DNA of 64,000 bases from Pavona decussata (GCA_977016875.1 CDRNST010000289.1:620001-684000); one strand, 5' to 3'; counted from the first letter of the stretch, positions 38,501-50,476 are shown. The notes: generated by a model not told the origin, from the sequence alone. Program-made: numbers and translations.

Positions 38501-39079
38501 CTAATTTTTGGCCTGTACAGACCGCAAGCATCGTAAAACCGCCCCTCTCAAGCTACGAAAAAATTTGTAGTGACCTAAAGAGTTGAGGTGAACGCCGTCC
38601 CGTGCTAGAAAGCGTGATTTACAATTCCAAAAGCCTCGGTGTCGCCAATAAACAACGTAAGGGAGCGGCTCCAATACGACCTTTAGATACTTAGTTAATA
38701 ACTTCACTTGGTTATTAAATAGAGGAGCATCCCTGCGAAAAATCGTCTGGCAAACACAGACCAGCCGCACACTGTATGACTCATATAGCAAACGAGTTAG
38801 ATCCTCAAGAGCCGAGCCAGTTTCAACGGCGGATAGGGTTGAAAGATCATTTGTACCCAATTGTAAAACAACAATGTCCGGGGCAAAGGACTGAACTATC
38901 GTCAAATCATATTGAACAACTTTAGCAATTGTTCTTCCCCCTATGCCATGCCATTTGATACAAAGATCCCCAGGTATGTGTAAGTTTTCCGTAAATTTTT
39001 GGTTAGAATTGTGACAAAGAAAATCGTGGAAACGGCGAATAAACGAGTGGCCGAGAACTAAAACACGTGTCTTTGCCAT
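38501..39079 (-). CDS. SGNH/GDSL-type hydrolase (esterase) carried by the element
   Basis: ATG at 39079, 192 aa; block I VLGHSF, block II GIGG, block III LGTND, block V DGVH; S-D-H triad intact. Confidence 0.9.
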   Translation of the reverse strand: MAKTRVLVLGHSFIRRFHDFLCHNSNQKFTENLHIPGDLCIKWHGIGGRTIAKVVQYDLTIVQSFAPDIVVLQLGTNDLSTLSAVETGSALEDLTRLLYESYSVRLVCVCQTIFRRDAPLFNNQVKLLTKYLKVVLEPLPYVVYWRHRGFWNCKSRFLARDGVHLNSLGHYKFFRSLRGAVLRCLRSVQAKN

Positions 39080-42000
39080 AATAGAAAGCAAAAGAGGGAA
39101 ATCCAAAATTTGAACCAAATATAAACTAAAGGAGTTTAGATCTCCAATAATTGAGAAAGAAAACAATTAATGAGCTACTTGCCTGAAAAAGGATTTCTTG
39201 GCGATCTGTTAAAGAGATTTCTGGGGATCTGTTCAATCTGATGGCGAGGAGAAGAAGGAAGACTACCTCGGAAAAATTTCTATTTCATAACCACGCTTTA
39301 TCATTTGCTCTAAGCTCATTGGCTACCTTACGGTGCTATCCGCACCTGGTACGACCCACATCCACCGGATTATCACGTGAACACCACGCCTCGATATAAA
39401 TTACATTATGTCGGGCCATAATGTTTGGTTATTTTTTCGCGATACGCAGATTTTAATTGTGACAAAAATGTGCTAATTTTGAGGCCTTAGCAAATGGTTT
39501 TTCAGCTACCGCTTAAAACTATTTTGCGAAACTAAAACCTTAAAAAATTGACTTATTTGATAGTTAATTACACGTTTTTGTCTCTTCTGTATCATTTGAG
39601 ACTTTTTCTGATCGAATTGAGGTGAATTATGAATACTTCATAAGACGATTAAATAATTGTAGCGAACTTGAGGAATTACTGAGTTCTATTGGTAAAAGAG
39701 TTCTCAAATCCGGCACCTAAGTCCGGCCTAAACATTATTCTAGACATACACTAAAAACTATATTCTGTAATTATTAAATAAAAATTTTGGCACACTGCAA
39801 AGTAAACTTAAGCATTTTTTTGCTAACAAACTTTTCTTGTCTTGCGTGACACACCACCCTGGTTTGTCGAGAAGTTGTTTTGTTGAGTTCTCTAAGCCTA
39901 TTTTATCAATATCACTCTCAAGTATAACAGAAGCTACAATATTCTCCTTGTTCTGGCTATTTGAATGTCAATTATTTTTAATTCATTGTCCTATAAGGAA
40001 GTTCTGAGGCGACAAGGTTCTCCACTTACCTTGATCTATAAATCCAATAAATTACTCGTTCCTCGTTATTTCGAGGCTTTGGGGCATGGCTGCCTCAGAA
40101 AAAACGACAGAAAAAACATCTCCGTTCACCATCATATAAAAGGAGAAGACATTAATGATAGTTATGTTCAATATGTGTTCCTTATTATATATCTGAACTG
40201 GTCCGCGCTAAAAAGGAGCATTCTGATTGGCTCTCTGAGTGGTCCGATTAGGCCTCCTATACGACTACGAGAACATGTATTTGTCCATTGCAAGCAGAGT
40301 ATTACGAAATAACCAGTTCATCAGCCCAAAAAGGTGAAACTAGTCGATGACTAAAAGTTTGCTCCTTGGTGAAGACCAGTAGAAGTAAACGTCTGCTTAC
40401 AATAAATAATTGCTTGAGAGCCGAGTCGTAGGCACGAGAAATTAAAACTAGCCCTTATCTAAAATTTTGCCTCCTTGCGTCTCGAGAGAGAAGTGGACGG
40501 TATAAGTGTTAAGTAGTCGTTAGGGTTGCGGAATGCAAGTAAATTTTAAAGGCGTAAGATTTCCAGCGACCCAAGCTGCGAATCTGGGAGTCGGTGAAAC
40601 CCTGACCCGCTGTGTAACTTGTAGCACCAATGCGAAAACTATGAGGTTTATGATGACGCGGATCAAGCGTACAAAAAACTAGCCGTTGATTAAAAAGATG
40701 GGTGGAAAGAGAAGTGTTAACTGAGGACCCATCAGGCAAAATAAATAATGGCCCAAACGGGAACCACGAAGGCTGAAAAAAGGCTGTGTGAGAATGTGAA
40801 TATGAAGCGGGCGTCTAGACTGGTTATGTTTGAAATTGCCTAGGGTAAGTTTTGAGGCAACGATGACACCCACATGACTAAGAAAGCTGACATCCTGGTG
40901 TTGTAACACTCACTGAGCCAGAGTCATGGTATTGGACGCCATTTCGCCTATTCCAAAGGAACCATAAAAGTAAAAAACAGCCTTGAACAGAGTGTGCTGG
41001 TATAACGAGGAATCAATGTGATCTAATGCGTCTGCAAGATGGCGGCGAAGATGGCTTTTCTGGCGCGAAGCTTGAGAACGTAACTCAAGGCCGAAATAAA
41101 GGAAGAAATAGTAGATGGAGAAAATTTGATAGCAGACAAATGAGCGATAAATAAGGCGACTAAACTGATGCTTAATGAAAGAGACAGGGCATCCATGGGA
41201 AGGAGTATTGCGCGAAGTTCGCATACAATACCCACGCTCGTTGGTAGGTTCGACGAGAACCTCGCGAAATCGCAGATTCGAGTAACAGCTTCAAATGATC
41301 GACCAGTTCTCTGGGAGTAGGTGGCATGGCACCGGAGTGGGGTGGTCGTCCACTCGGGACGCCAATTGCCTGAATTCGTCGACCTGTGAGCGGAAAAGCA
41401 AGGCACATCCCCGGTTAAGAAAAGCTAACACATATTGTGAACGAAAAAGATATTATATCGCAGGCAGCGGCGCACTAAGTGATGAATTAAAACCATTATC
41501 CTGCGTTTTTGGCGGTTTGTTTGTTGATAATATAAACGAGCGCCCTGTTATCGGTAAAATGATGAGGCACCTGTTTCGCATCAAGTGACCCCAAATATTG
41601 ATCGCGATAACAATTGGGCACAATTCTAAGATAGCAATGTTGTACGATTTCCAGTTCTCTGGCCATAATCCGTAACAACAATTCGAACTCAAGACCGCGC
41701 CATAACCTAAAGACCCAGCCGCATCAGTATACAGGCGTTACTCTTTCGAGATCAACCAGCAATGGGAAAGTAAAAATGATTTGCCATCGTATTACTGTAG
41801 AAGGGATAATCTCACATGGATATCATTTTTACATTCCCGAGTTATGCGGATGAAATGGCGCAGGTTCCAGATACCTCTCGTTAAATCTATCAACCTGCAC
41901 AAAAAGGCGCTTCCGGGGACAATGACCGAGCACAAGAAGTTTAAAAGAGCAATTAAGGACTGTAATTCCCACAGGGTAACTCGTTTCCGGAGATACCAAA

Positions 42001-42641
42001 ATGTTAATTGATCGCAGCATTTTGTCATTTTGTCTTCTGGCAGGCTAGCTTGCAGTGCGATCGAGTCTTAAGTAATTCCTGCAAACTGCAGATTTGTAGA
42101 CGGGCTCACAGTTTTGCCTTCGGCGATAGGAACACCTAAATCATCACATAACGACAACAAATTGTGCAACTGAGCATGGCATTTCGATTCAGTAGCGGCA
42201 GCGACAAACAAATCGTCGAGAATGTGGAAAATAGCCTGAAAACCTAGGAATTTCCGTGCTATCCATTCGAGTGCGGTACTAAATGATTCAAAAATGGAGC
42301 AGGGCGTAGAACAACCCATTGGAAAACAAAGATAGTAAAACATTCCTTACCATTTTATCCAAGCAAACGAAAGTCGCTAGGGTGAATAGGAATGATCCTA
42401 AAAGCCGATGCGATATCAGTCTTTGAAATATAACAGTTGGGGCCAAATGCTTGATTAGCTTAATTGCGTCGTCCGTATTAGCGTAATGGACACTAGATAA
42501 ATCCCGGGGAATTAATTCCGTCATTGACAGATGCCTCATGGGGAAAAGAAAAGTGATGGATCAAATGGAATTCAGGTGGATTCTTTTTGGGAACAACGCC
42601 TTACAGCGAAACAATAAAATCAGGAAAAGCCGGCGCCGCAA

Positions 42642-42779
42642 ATAGAGCGTATGCAACCAATCCCACGGGATTCCAATGAAAATGGCGTGGTGACAATGTT
42701 GGTTTACCATAGCAAACCAACTCTTTTGTTGACGGTACACCAACATGGCGGCGATGACGTCACATACATACGCTCCATA
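42642..42779. mobile_element. Small MITE inserted in the pol of the decayed element
   Basis: ATAGAGCGTATG...CATACGCTCCATA inverted ends; interrupts RT homology. Confidence 0.6.
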
Positions 42780-42954
42780 GGCCAACTAAATTCTTTGTGG
42801 AATTTAGCGTTGACAGTGGCTGGATTATCATTGGCTGATTTGAGGTTGGGAGAATCTAAATAAGTTGGAAAAAAAAAACATTGAATCGAAAAACCGTACG
42901 TAAAATCGCCTAACAAGTACCGTGGCTTAGGCTAACCCGCTAAATGATATTTAA

Positions 42955-45900
42955 GAGCGGCTGCCTGTAAGAATCGAGAACTCCATTTCAGCGACCACTT
43001 GGTCGAATTTCTGATATTTCGTCTGAAGATATCCTTGGATTAACTATTTTCGAAAATCATATTTTAAAGTTCCAAGGTATTTTATGTTTTGAGAAAATTG
43101 CAAGAGTTTGAAATGCGGCCAAGGTGCGGTCACGGGCCGATGAAAACCGCGAAAATTTAGGTCAAAGGACGAAGCCCCGTTCACGGTGTAAAATAACCCA
43201 ATGAACTTGAAACTTTACACAAACCTAGACCAACCATCTTGCAAGAGAATTAATACAATAAACATTCCAAACTCGCTGGCTGCTTTCTAAAGCATGCAGA
43301 TTTGTGTACGCTACTCAAAATGACCTTGAAACTAATGCTTATTTTCATTGAAATAAAAGTGTTTCTGGTATGTCATTTTCTCTAGATAAAATCTCATATA
43401 TCGAAAGACGAAGAAAAGAACTTTATTTGTACCAAGTTTCAAGCTCTGATTCAAACTCTTTCCCACTCAAGGAAGATCGAATATGCGTGCGATACTTGCG
43501 GCTCGCAATTCACGTCACGAATTATGAGATCAGAACCGATTCACAAACACTTGGCATCTGGAGCCCGTGAATGTTTCCAAACATCACATATTGGGCCCTA
43601 AAACTAATCAGACGGACTGAAGACAGTCATTCAATGTTTTTCGATCCGAGATTTCTTTCCTACTCTGCTCTAAAATAATATAGTTATTCCGGTCAATTAG
43701 CCTACGAAACATGTGCAACAAATTTGCATACCATTTCGATGTCGCAGGAAAAAGTAGTGCAAATCATACTTTACAGCTCCTTTATCTTCTCAAATGAAGT
43801 AGTCGATCAGTAAAATGGAGAAAAACGTGTGACTTTGTTCCTGTCGTGTTGTTTTGAGTGTTCGTGTTTGGCAGCGACGGCTCAAATCAATAAGCCAGTG
43901 TGACTGACACTGATCAACTGTAACTCGATATTCCCTTCGGTGATGTGGGTAACGCGCACGTGATCCTGGCCAGGCACTTGTGCGTTCAGGGCGCTTTTAG
44001 AAAAGTAGTGCTTGTGGGCCAAGCTACGACTACCCTGGTGATGATGACCTTGACGAGCTTAAGGACTGTTCAAGAGATCTGAGAGCTCACCTTTCCAGCC
44101 TTTGTTTTTTCCGCGAAAAAAATCGACGTTCAAGTATTAGTGTCAGTTTTTGTTTTTTTTTTTTTTTACTTACAGTAATGCAGATCCCGGAACGTAGATT
44201 TGTGCGAGAAAAAAATCTATCCATAACCACCATCCCCACAATTAATAATATAAAATTTGAGGGTGTCAGAGTAGTCTGAGGGTATCAACTTTGAGGGTAT
44301 CAGAGTAGTGAATTCCCCACCGACCAACCCGATCTCCTCCACCCCCATCCCCTCTGGTGATAAGCGTCAATTGTGGTTATTGTTTACTTTCCCAAACCGG
44401 TTTTATCGTTGTTCCTGCCGGTTTCTTTCAATTTTCGAGAAGATAGGAATCTTGCCAGCCTTGGTCTGTCTGGTGATGGCCACGAAAACTAACTTATTGC
44501 TAGCGCAAGCGGGTGAGGGCCGTTACTACCTTATTATTAGCACGTGCGGGTGAGGGCCGTATTTCGCCTATTCATTTTCCAATTTCAGATTTCATGCTAT
44601 TATTTTTTTCACAGAGTTGAAAGAAACTGGTAGGAACAGCGAGAAAACGGTCTAGGAAAGTAAACAATAACCACAATATTATTGACGCTTGTAGCTAGGG
44701 GGAAGGGGGGAGGTCGGGCTGGTGGTCAGTGGGGGACTCACTACTATGCTCTCAAATATACAGATTTCATACTTTTAATTGTAAGGATGGCGGTTATGGA
44801 TGTTTCTTTCTTTCTTTCTTTTTTTTTTTTTTTCGCAAAAAAAACGACGTTCAAGGGTATGTATAATTGAAGTTAAAAAACGAAATGACACTAATACTTG
44901 AATTTTTTTCGCGAAAAAAAAAATCAAAGCTGGCAAGATGGGCTCTCGCATCTGTTGTACAGTCTTTTAGCTTGACAAGGTTTTCATCACCAGGGTAGTC
45001 GTAGCTTGGCCCACAAGCAGTACTTTTCACTATTTACAGTTCCTAAAAGCGCCCTAGCTTGTACGCTCAGGATTCCATACCGAAATGCCTGGCCAGGATC
45101 ACGTGCGCGTTACCCACATCACCGAAGGGAATATCGAGTTACAGTTGATCAGTGTCAGTCACACTGGCTTATTGAATTGAGCCGTCGCTGCTAAACACGA
45201 ACACTCAAAACAACACGACAGGAACAAAGTCACACGCTTTTCTCCATTTTACTGATCGACTACTTCATTTGAGAAGATAAAGGAGCTGTAAAGTATAATT
45301 TGCACTACTTTTTCCTGCGACATCGAAATGGTATGCAAATTTGTTGCACATGATTCGTAGGCTAATTGACCGGAATAACTATATTATTTTAGAGCAGAGT
45401 AGGAAAGAAATCTCGGATCGAAAAACATTGAATGACTGTCTTCAGTCCGTCTGATTAGTTTTAGGGCCCAATATGTGATGTTTGGAAACATTCACGGGCT
45501 CCAGATGTCAAGTGTTTGTGAATCGGTTCTGATCTCATAATTCGTGACGTGAATTGCGAGCCGCAAGTATCGCACGCATATTCGATCTTCCTTGAGTGGG
45601 AAAGAGTTTGAATCAGAGCTTGAAACTTGGTACAAATAAAGTTCTTTTCTTCGTCTTTCGATATATGAGATTTTATCTAGAGAAAATGACATACCAGAAA
45701 CACTTTTATTTCAATGAAAATAAGCATTAGTTTCAAGGTCATTTTGAGTAGCGTACACAAATCTGCATGCTTTAGAAAGCAGCCAGCGAGTTTGGAATGT
45801 TTATTGTATTAATTCTCTTGCAAGCTGGTTGGTCTAGGTTTGTGTAAAGTTTCAAGTTCATTGGGTTATTTTACACCGTGAACGGGGCTTCGTCCTTTGA

Positions 45901-46107
45901 CCTAAATTTTCGCGGTTTTCATCGGCCCGTGACCGCACCTTGGCCGCATTTCAAACTCTTGCAATTTTCTCAAAAAATAAAATACCTTGGAACTTTAAAA
46001 TATGATTTTCGAAAATAGTTGATCCAAGGATATCTTCAGACGAAATATCAGAAATTCGACCAAGTGGTCGCTGAAATGGAGTTCTCGATTCTTACAGGTA
46101 GCCGCTC
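42955..46107. mobile_element. Foldback-like non-autonomous DNA transposon (Kolobok-like) with ~1.2-kb inverted arms
   Basis: TTAA TSD (42951-42954, 46108-46111); GAGCGGC...GCCGCTC termini; near-identical 66-aa ORFs on opposite strands; removal restores the pol frame KINRL-KYHL. Confidence 0.9.
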
Positions 46108-46829
46108 TTAAGGCGGTTAATCTTTACTGGGGTAACTGGCTGCGGGTTGCGAGGGAGCTGATTTATTGGCAACTGGTGTATCTCCGTTTCCGATGACAGG
46201 GCGCTGTTGTTTGGGGCGAGAGGTTGCTGCCCGGCATCCTGATCCTGGGTGGGCACCGAAACATTTGTGGCAGCTATGTTTAAATTTGCACCCACCGCAA
46301 TTTTGCCCGCTGTTAAATTTCCAACAAACGTCCTTTGGAAAGGGCGACGATATACCAGGTCGAGCCCTTTTAAATGTTATGCGCGCCAGCGACGGCGAGA
46401 TAGGCAGAGACTGGAACCAAAGTTCCCAATGAACCTGATCCCGAGGAAATAATTTGGGCTCGAATTGGCGGAGGAATCGAAACTGCTCATCATGCTAGCG
46501 CTAGTGTCCTTGTTTATTATCTAGGTCTCCGGCTATCTCGCAATATTTCATCAATGAAGGCGCCCACACTGCAAAGGAAACTGTATAAACTGTGACAAAC
46601 GTGTTAAAAGCACTTAACTATTGACCTTTGGACACGATTCGCTAAGGTTTTTGGACTGGTTCTAAAGAAAGTTTGCCATTGTCGAGGTCGCTCGACACGT
46701 ACACTGAATACTTTGTACTATCAAGGGTTGTAGGGCTAACTAAAACCCCCAAGTCAATATAGTGATCAGATATTCTCAGAAATTAAAGTTTATCTTTAAT
46801 TAGAGAAGTACTTTAACCTTCTGCCTTAG

Positions 46830-47060
46830 TTTTTTTCATGACCGGGTAAAGAGATTTCCTTGCTTCTGCGATTTCTTTAGGCACGTTCTCTGCAAACCCG
46901 ATTTTGTTTTCTTGAGAACATTTGAAGACCTCCTAATAAACTCCTTTTCTTGTTTTCGAAGGAATATCGCAACAGTAGGTCGAGATTTTCTATAATCTTT
47001 CTTTTTTTCCAATCCTGTGTACTCTTTCAATTTCAAATGTCCTGCTCAAATGTATTGATA
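46830..47060 (-). mobile_element. LINE ORF1 (RRM-like) relic
   Basis: FEIERVHRIGKK, then RPTVAIFLR after a frameshift. Confidence 0.45.
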
Positions 47061-47854
47061 GTGATTTCCATCGGATCTCATTAAATGTTAAATAGAAATT
47101 GGAACATACTTACATCAAACGTGTAAGTTAACAATATTTAATAATGGTAGAAAAGAAAGAAAAACTATCGAATTGTGAGCCGCAAGTATCGCACGCATAT
47201 TCGATCTTCCCTGAGCGGGAAGAGTTTGAATCAGAGCTTGAAACTTGGAAGATATAAAGTTCTTTCCTTCGTCTTTCGAAATATGAGATTTTATTCAGAG
47301 AAAATTGCATACCATGTAGAAACACTCACCAGGTGAGCTTTCGCCCGAAAACATGATACCTTCACACGTGAAACAACAGGTTATCTTCAATAAATCGTTC
47401 TTGTGCAATGATTTGGTATTTCATTGGTGTTTATATAATACTCAGAACATTACATGGCCGCTTGGAGAAACGAAATTTCACTTCTCGTCTTGAAAAATAT
47501 TTCACTCGTTCCTTGCGCTCACTCGTAAAATATTTATCAATATGTTATGTCCTGTATAAGTTGCAATTTTTTTTTTGAAATAAAATACCTTGGAACATTA
47601 AAATATGATTTTCAAACATAGTAAATCCAAGGGTATCTTCAGACGAAATATCAGAAATTCGAGCTGGCGGTCGATGAAGTGCGGTTCTTGATTCTTAGAG
47701 GCAGCCGCTCTTAAAAGAATCGATTGTTTTCTACCGCCGCTAGTCGCCTTACTCTTTCTCCCGCCGTTGGTCACAAAAATTGACGTAGTTTTTTGTTGTT
47801 TCCAACTTAACAAATCGAACTGATGTGGTTTAGCGTTGTCTGTACTCTTATCTA

Positions 47855-49313
47855 CAAGGTGTTTGAAAAGTTCGTGGACATTTTTAAAAGTCTATACTTC
47901 ATCCAGATTTCTTATATTTTTCTCCATTTTCTTGCAGATATTAACAAATCTTATTGTTTATCGGTTATCAGAACTTTTGTATGAGCCAGATAAAAAGCCT
48001 CGTTGAAATTAATATTTTTCCCCCAAAAGGTGCAAATCTTCGTACTTTCTTGCCATTTTTGTCTGTTTTCAGTAGCAACTGATTTGTAGCAACTACATAC
48101 TGTAGATTTTCAACGTCTAGATATAATATTAATAATGAACCCTAAAAAAGAAATCTATTTAAGAGCACAGGCAGCAATTCTACGATCATCTGGAGTATCT
48201 GCTCGAGAAACGGCTAAAATACTGCAAAAAAGCAAGAGCTGGGTAGCGAAGTGGTCAAGTTCACAAGAGTTTTACGACAAGCCAACAAGTGGTCGACCAT
48301 CAGTCCTTGACAGAACCGCAAAGAAAGTTATGGAAAAAGCAAAGTATAAAGCAAGAAATTCTACAAGAAAAATCAGCAAACGACTGAAGAACAAAGGTCT
48401 GCCTGGATCTGCACCAACAGTGTGGAGGTATATGTCAAGAAAAGGATGGAAACCTTTGAGACGAAAAAAGCTTCGACTTCTGAGCAACAACCAGAGAAAA
48501 GCTCCCTTAGTATTCGCTCGTAAATATCGTAAATTTACAGGAGATGAATGGGAAAAGTTTCTTCTTTAGCGATGAGTGCCCTAAATACCTTTTTCATCTT
48601 CGGAACCCTAAAAACTATATCGTATGGGGCTCACAGGAGAGTCAAGTTCCGCCATCGTATCAAGTTAAAGGAAGCACCAAATGGATGGTTTGGGGTGGCA
48701 TGACAGGCCGCGGCCTTACTTCCCTACATTTCATCCCGCTAGGACAAACTGTAACGGCAGAGTATTATATCACAAAAATCCTTGAGAAAGAAGTGAAGCT
48801 TCTTTTCAGCCGACGATCTACAACAGACGAGCCTGTAAAATGAAAGCTTTTCACGAACATTAGCAGTGCGACCTTCGTTGAATATGGCGCACCAGCTCAT
48901 ACGGCGAAAGCAACACAGCAGTGGTGCGAGAGAAACCTCCCGAATTTTATCCAAAAAGATGAGTGGCCAGCAAATTCACCTGACCTTAACCCCGTCGAAA
49001 ACCTATGGAGCATCATCGAGGAAGCTGCATACAGAGATCCGATCCCTAAGACGATGGGAGGACTAAAATCAAGGTTACGGCAAGCATGGTGGTACATACC
49101 GCTAGCAAGCCGAAGGGAGCTAGCTCGTTCCATGCCGCAGCGGCTCAAAAACGTTATACAGAACAATGTGGGGCACTCTGGATATTGATGTTTCAACAGT
49201 GGTCAAAGGAAACAATGTACATAAAACTTGAAAACCTTTATTAATATCGGATTCCTAAAACTATCATTTATTTGTATTAAAATAAAGTGTCCACGAACTT
49301 TTGAAACACCCTG
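47855..49313 (+). mobile_element. Tc1/mariner-superfamily transposon with DD37E spacing and a defective transposase (48135-49188)
   Basis: TA TSD; 26-bp TIR CA(A/G)GGTGTTT(G/C)AAAAGTTCGTGGACA; HTH N-terminus with SGRP; FSDE, WPANSPDLNPVENLW; frameshift near 48560, TGA at 48841, second D changed to Y. Confidence 0.92.
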
Positions 49314-49924
49314 TACAACGATATTCATCATCACTGTGGTCAAAATGTTGTGGACTCCTGAGGCGCAACCGAGTGAGTCCAACTACAAATTTTGACCACT
49401 GTGATGACAAATATCGTTGTCGATAAGAGTGCAGACAATGCTAAACCACATTCGACATGTTTTTTCACTACAATACCAACGTCAAAGAAAATGTTTATTT
49501 CAGAGCGTGACCAAGCGTTGTCTATAACTTTTCTCGCAATCTGATTGGTTTATTTCCCAAAATGAGAGTTTCTGATTGGCTAACTACAACAAGAGAAAAC
49601 TACCACAAGAATTCTGAATCTAGCAAAACGATTACAAAGTTCAACGTTCATTCATGAAAATACAACTTTTTACTGCTCATTTACTGCATATATTGACGCA
49701 GAACTATAATGACTTTGCGGCATAACATACACATTGACATTTGCAATGGTGCAGCCATGAAAAAATCAATTTGGGAAGGCCATAGCACTGGCGTTTGTGA
49801 CATAGTGCAAGATCGAACTCGAAGCTGGCGTCACTGGAACGACTGCTGAACTCGCTTGTTTACGAACTGCAGCATTTAAGAGAATGTTGGAGCAGTTCTT
49901 CAACTGGTTTACAGATGGTCTGGA

Positions 49925-50476
49925 CATAAAAAGTGATTGGTGCGTTCTGATCCGTCTTTTGTTAGGCAAAAGGCCGTGGGTCTATTGTTAATGTCTATTG
50001 TTTGTTTGTTTCGGCGTTGTTGTCAATAAGTCGTTTGTATGGTGCAGGTAGTTGTAGGCAACGGTTGAGTGGCGTTTGTTCTAAGTTAGTAAACCAGCTT
50101 TCCTGAGTGAGTCGTTGATAGTAATTTGTACTGTCAGTAGGTAATGCACTTGGCAGAGTGGTTCGTTTGTAAATGGTGCTCAGCAATGTGATTGTTGATA
50201 TCACCATTTCTAGTTGCTCACAGCCAATAACATTACGGCTTACTGACAAACGACCAATAACATCTGGACTTCGTTGACCAATCAGGTTAACAACCACAGA
50301 CGTGTATACCACCTACTGACGATCCACAATTCACTTGACTCTGAAGATGACTTTCGCTCAGGTTGTCAAAACGTCAGTCAAAGTCACCACAAACATTCCT
50401 TCTCAGGACTACACTCACCCGGATGATCATAATTTACGTACTTATGACATGACTGCTGGGTTCAAACCATTTACAA
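49925..50476. mobile_element. Truncated Penelope-like element with internal inversion and hammerhead relic
   Basis: 12-bp TSD AGATGGTCTGGA (49913-49924, 50477-50488); - strand GIY-YIG tail GDINNHIAEHHLQTNH...YYQRLTQESWFTNLEQTPLNR; + strand terminal repeat. Confidence 0.85.
50336..50380 (+). ncRNA. Minimal hammerhead ribozyme relic (GAAA core changed to AAAA)
   Basis: TGACT-CTGAAGA-stem II-cAAAA-CGTC-AGTCA; stem I is TGACT/AGTCA. Confidence 0.65.

Larger units (their letters stand above)
33430..39431 (-). mobile_element. Intact tyrosine-recombinase retrotransposon (DIRS/Ngaro-like) with a 5' SGNH hydrolase ORF
   Basis: Four open ORFs. Flanks rejoin to match the empty paralogous intron site at ~29650-29680 (CCAAAAGCTT|TTTTTT.CGATACGCAG). 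TTTATATCGA inverted at 33429-33438 and 39391-39400. Confidence 0.93.
40420..46800 (-). mobile_element. Second, decayed YR retrotransposon of the same group, split by later insertions
   Basis: Frameshifted YR (HSFRIGA, GRWKS, FKIYL; 40509-41300), RNase H/RT (ELCPIV, FHILDDLF, PMGCS), and pol start PVTPVKINRL plus gag (DEQFR) at 46112-46800; ends not defined. Confidence 0.88.

Noticed and set aside
43370-45692. Pair of near-identical 66-aa ORFs as real genes
   Set aside because: They are a by-product of the inverted arms of the foldback element and show no recognisable domain.
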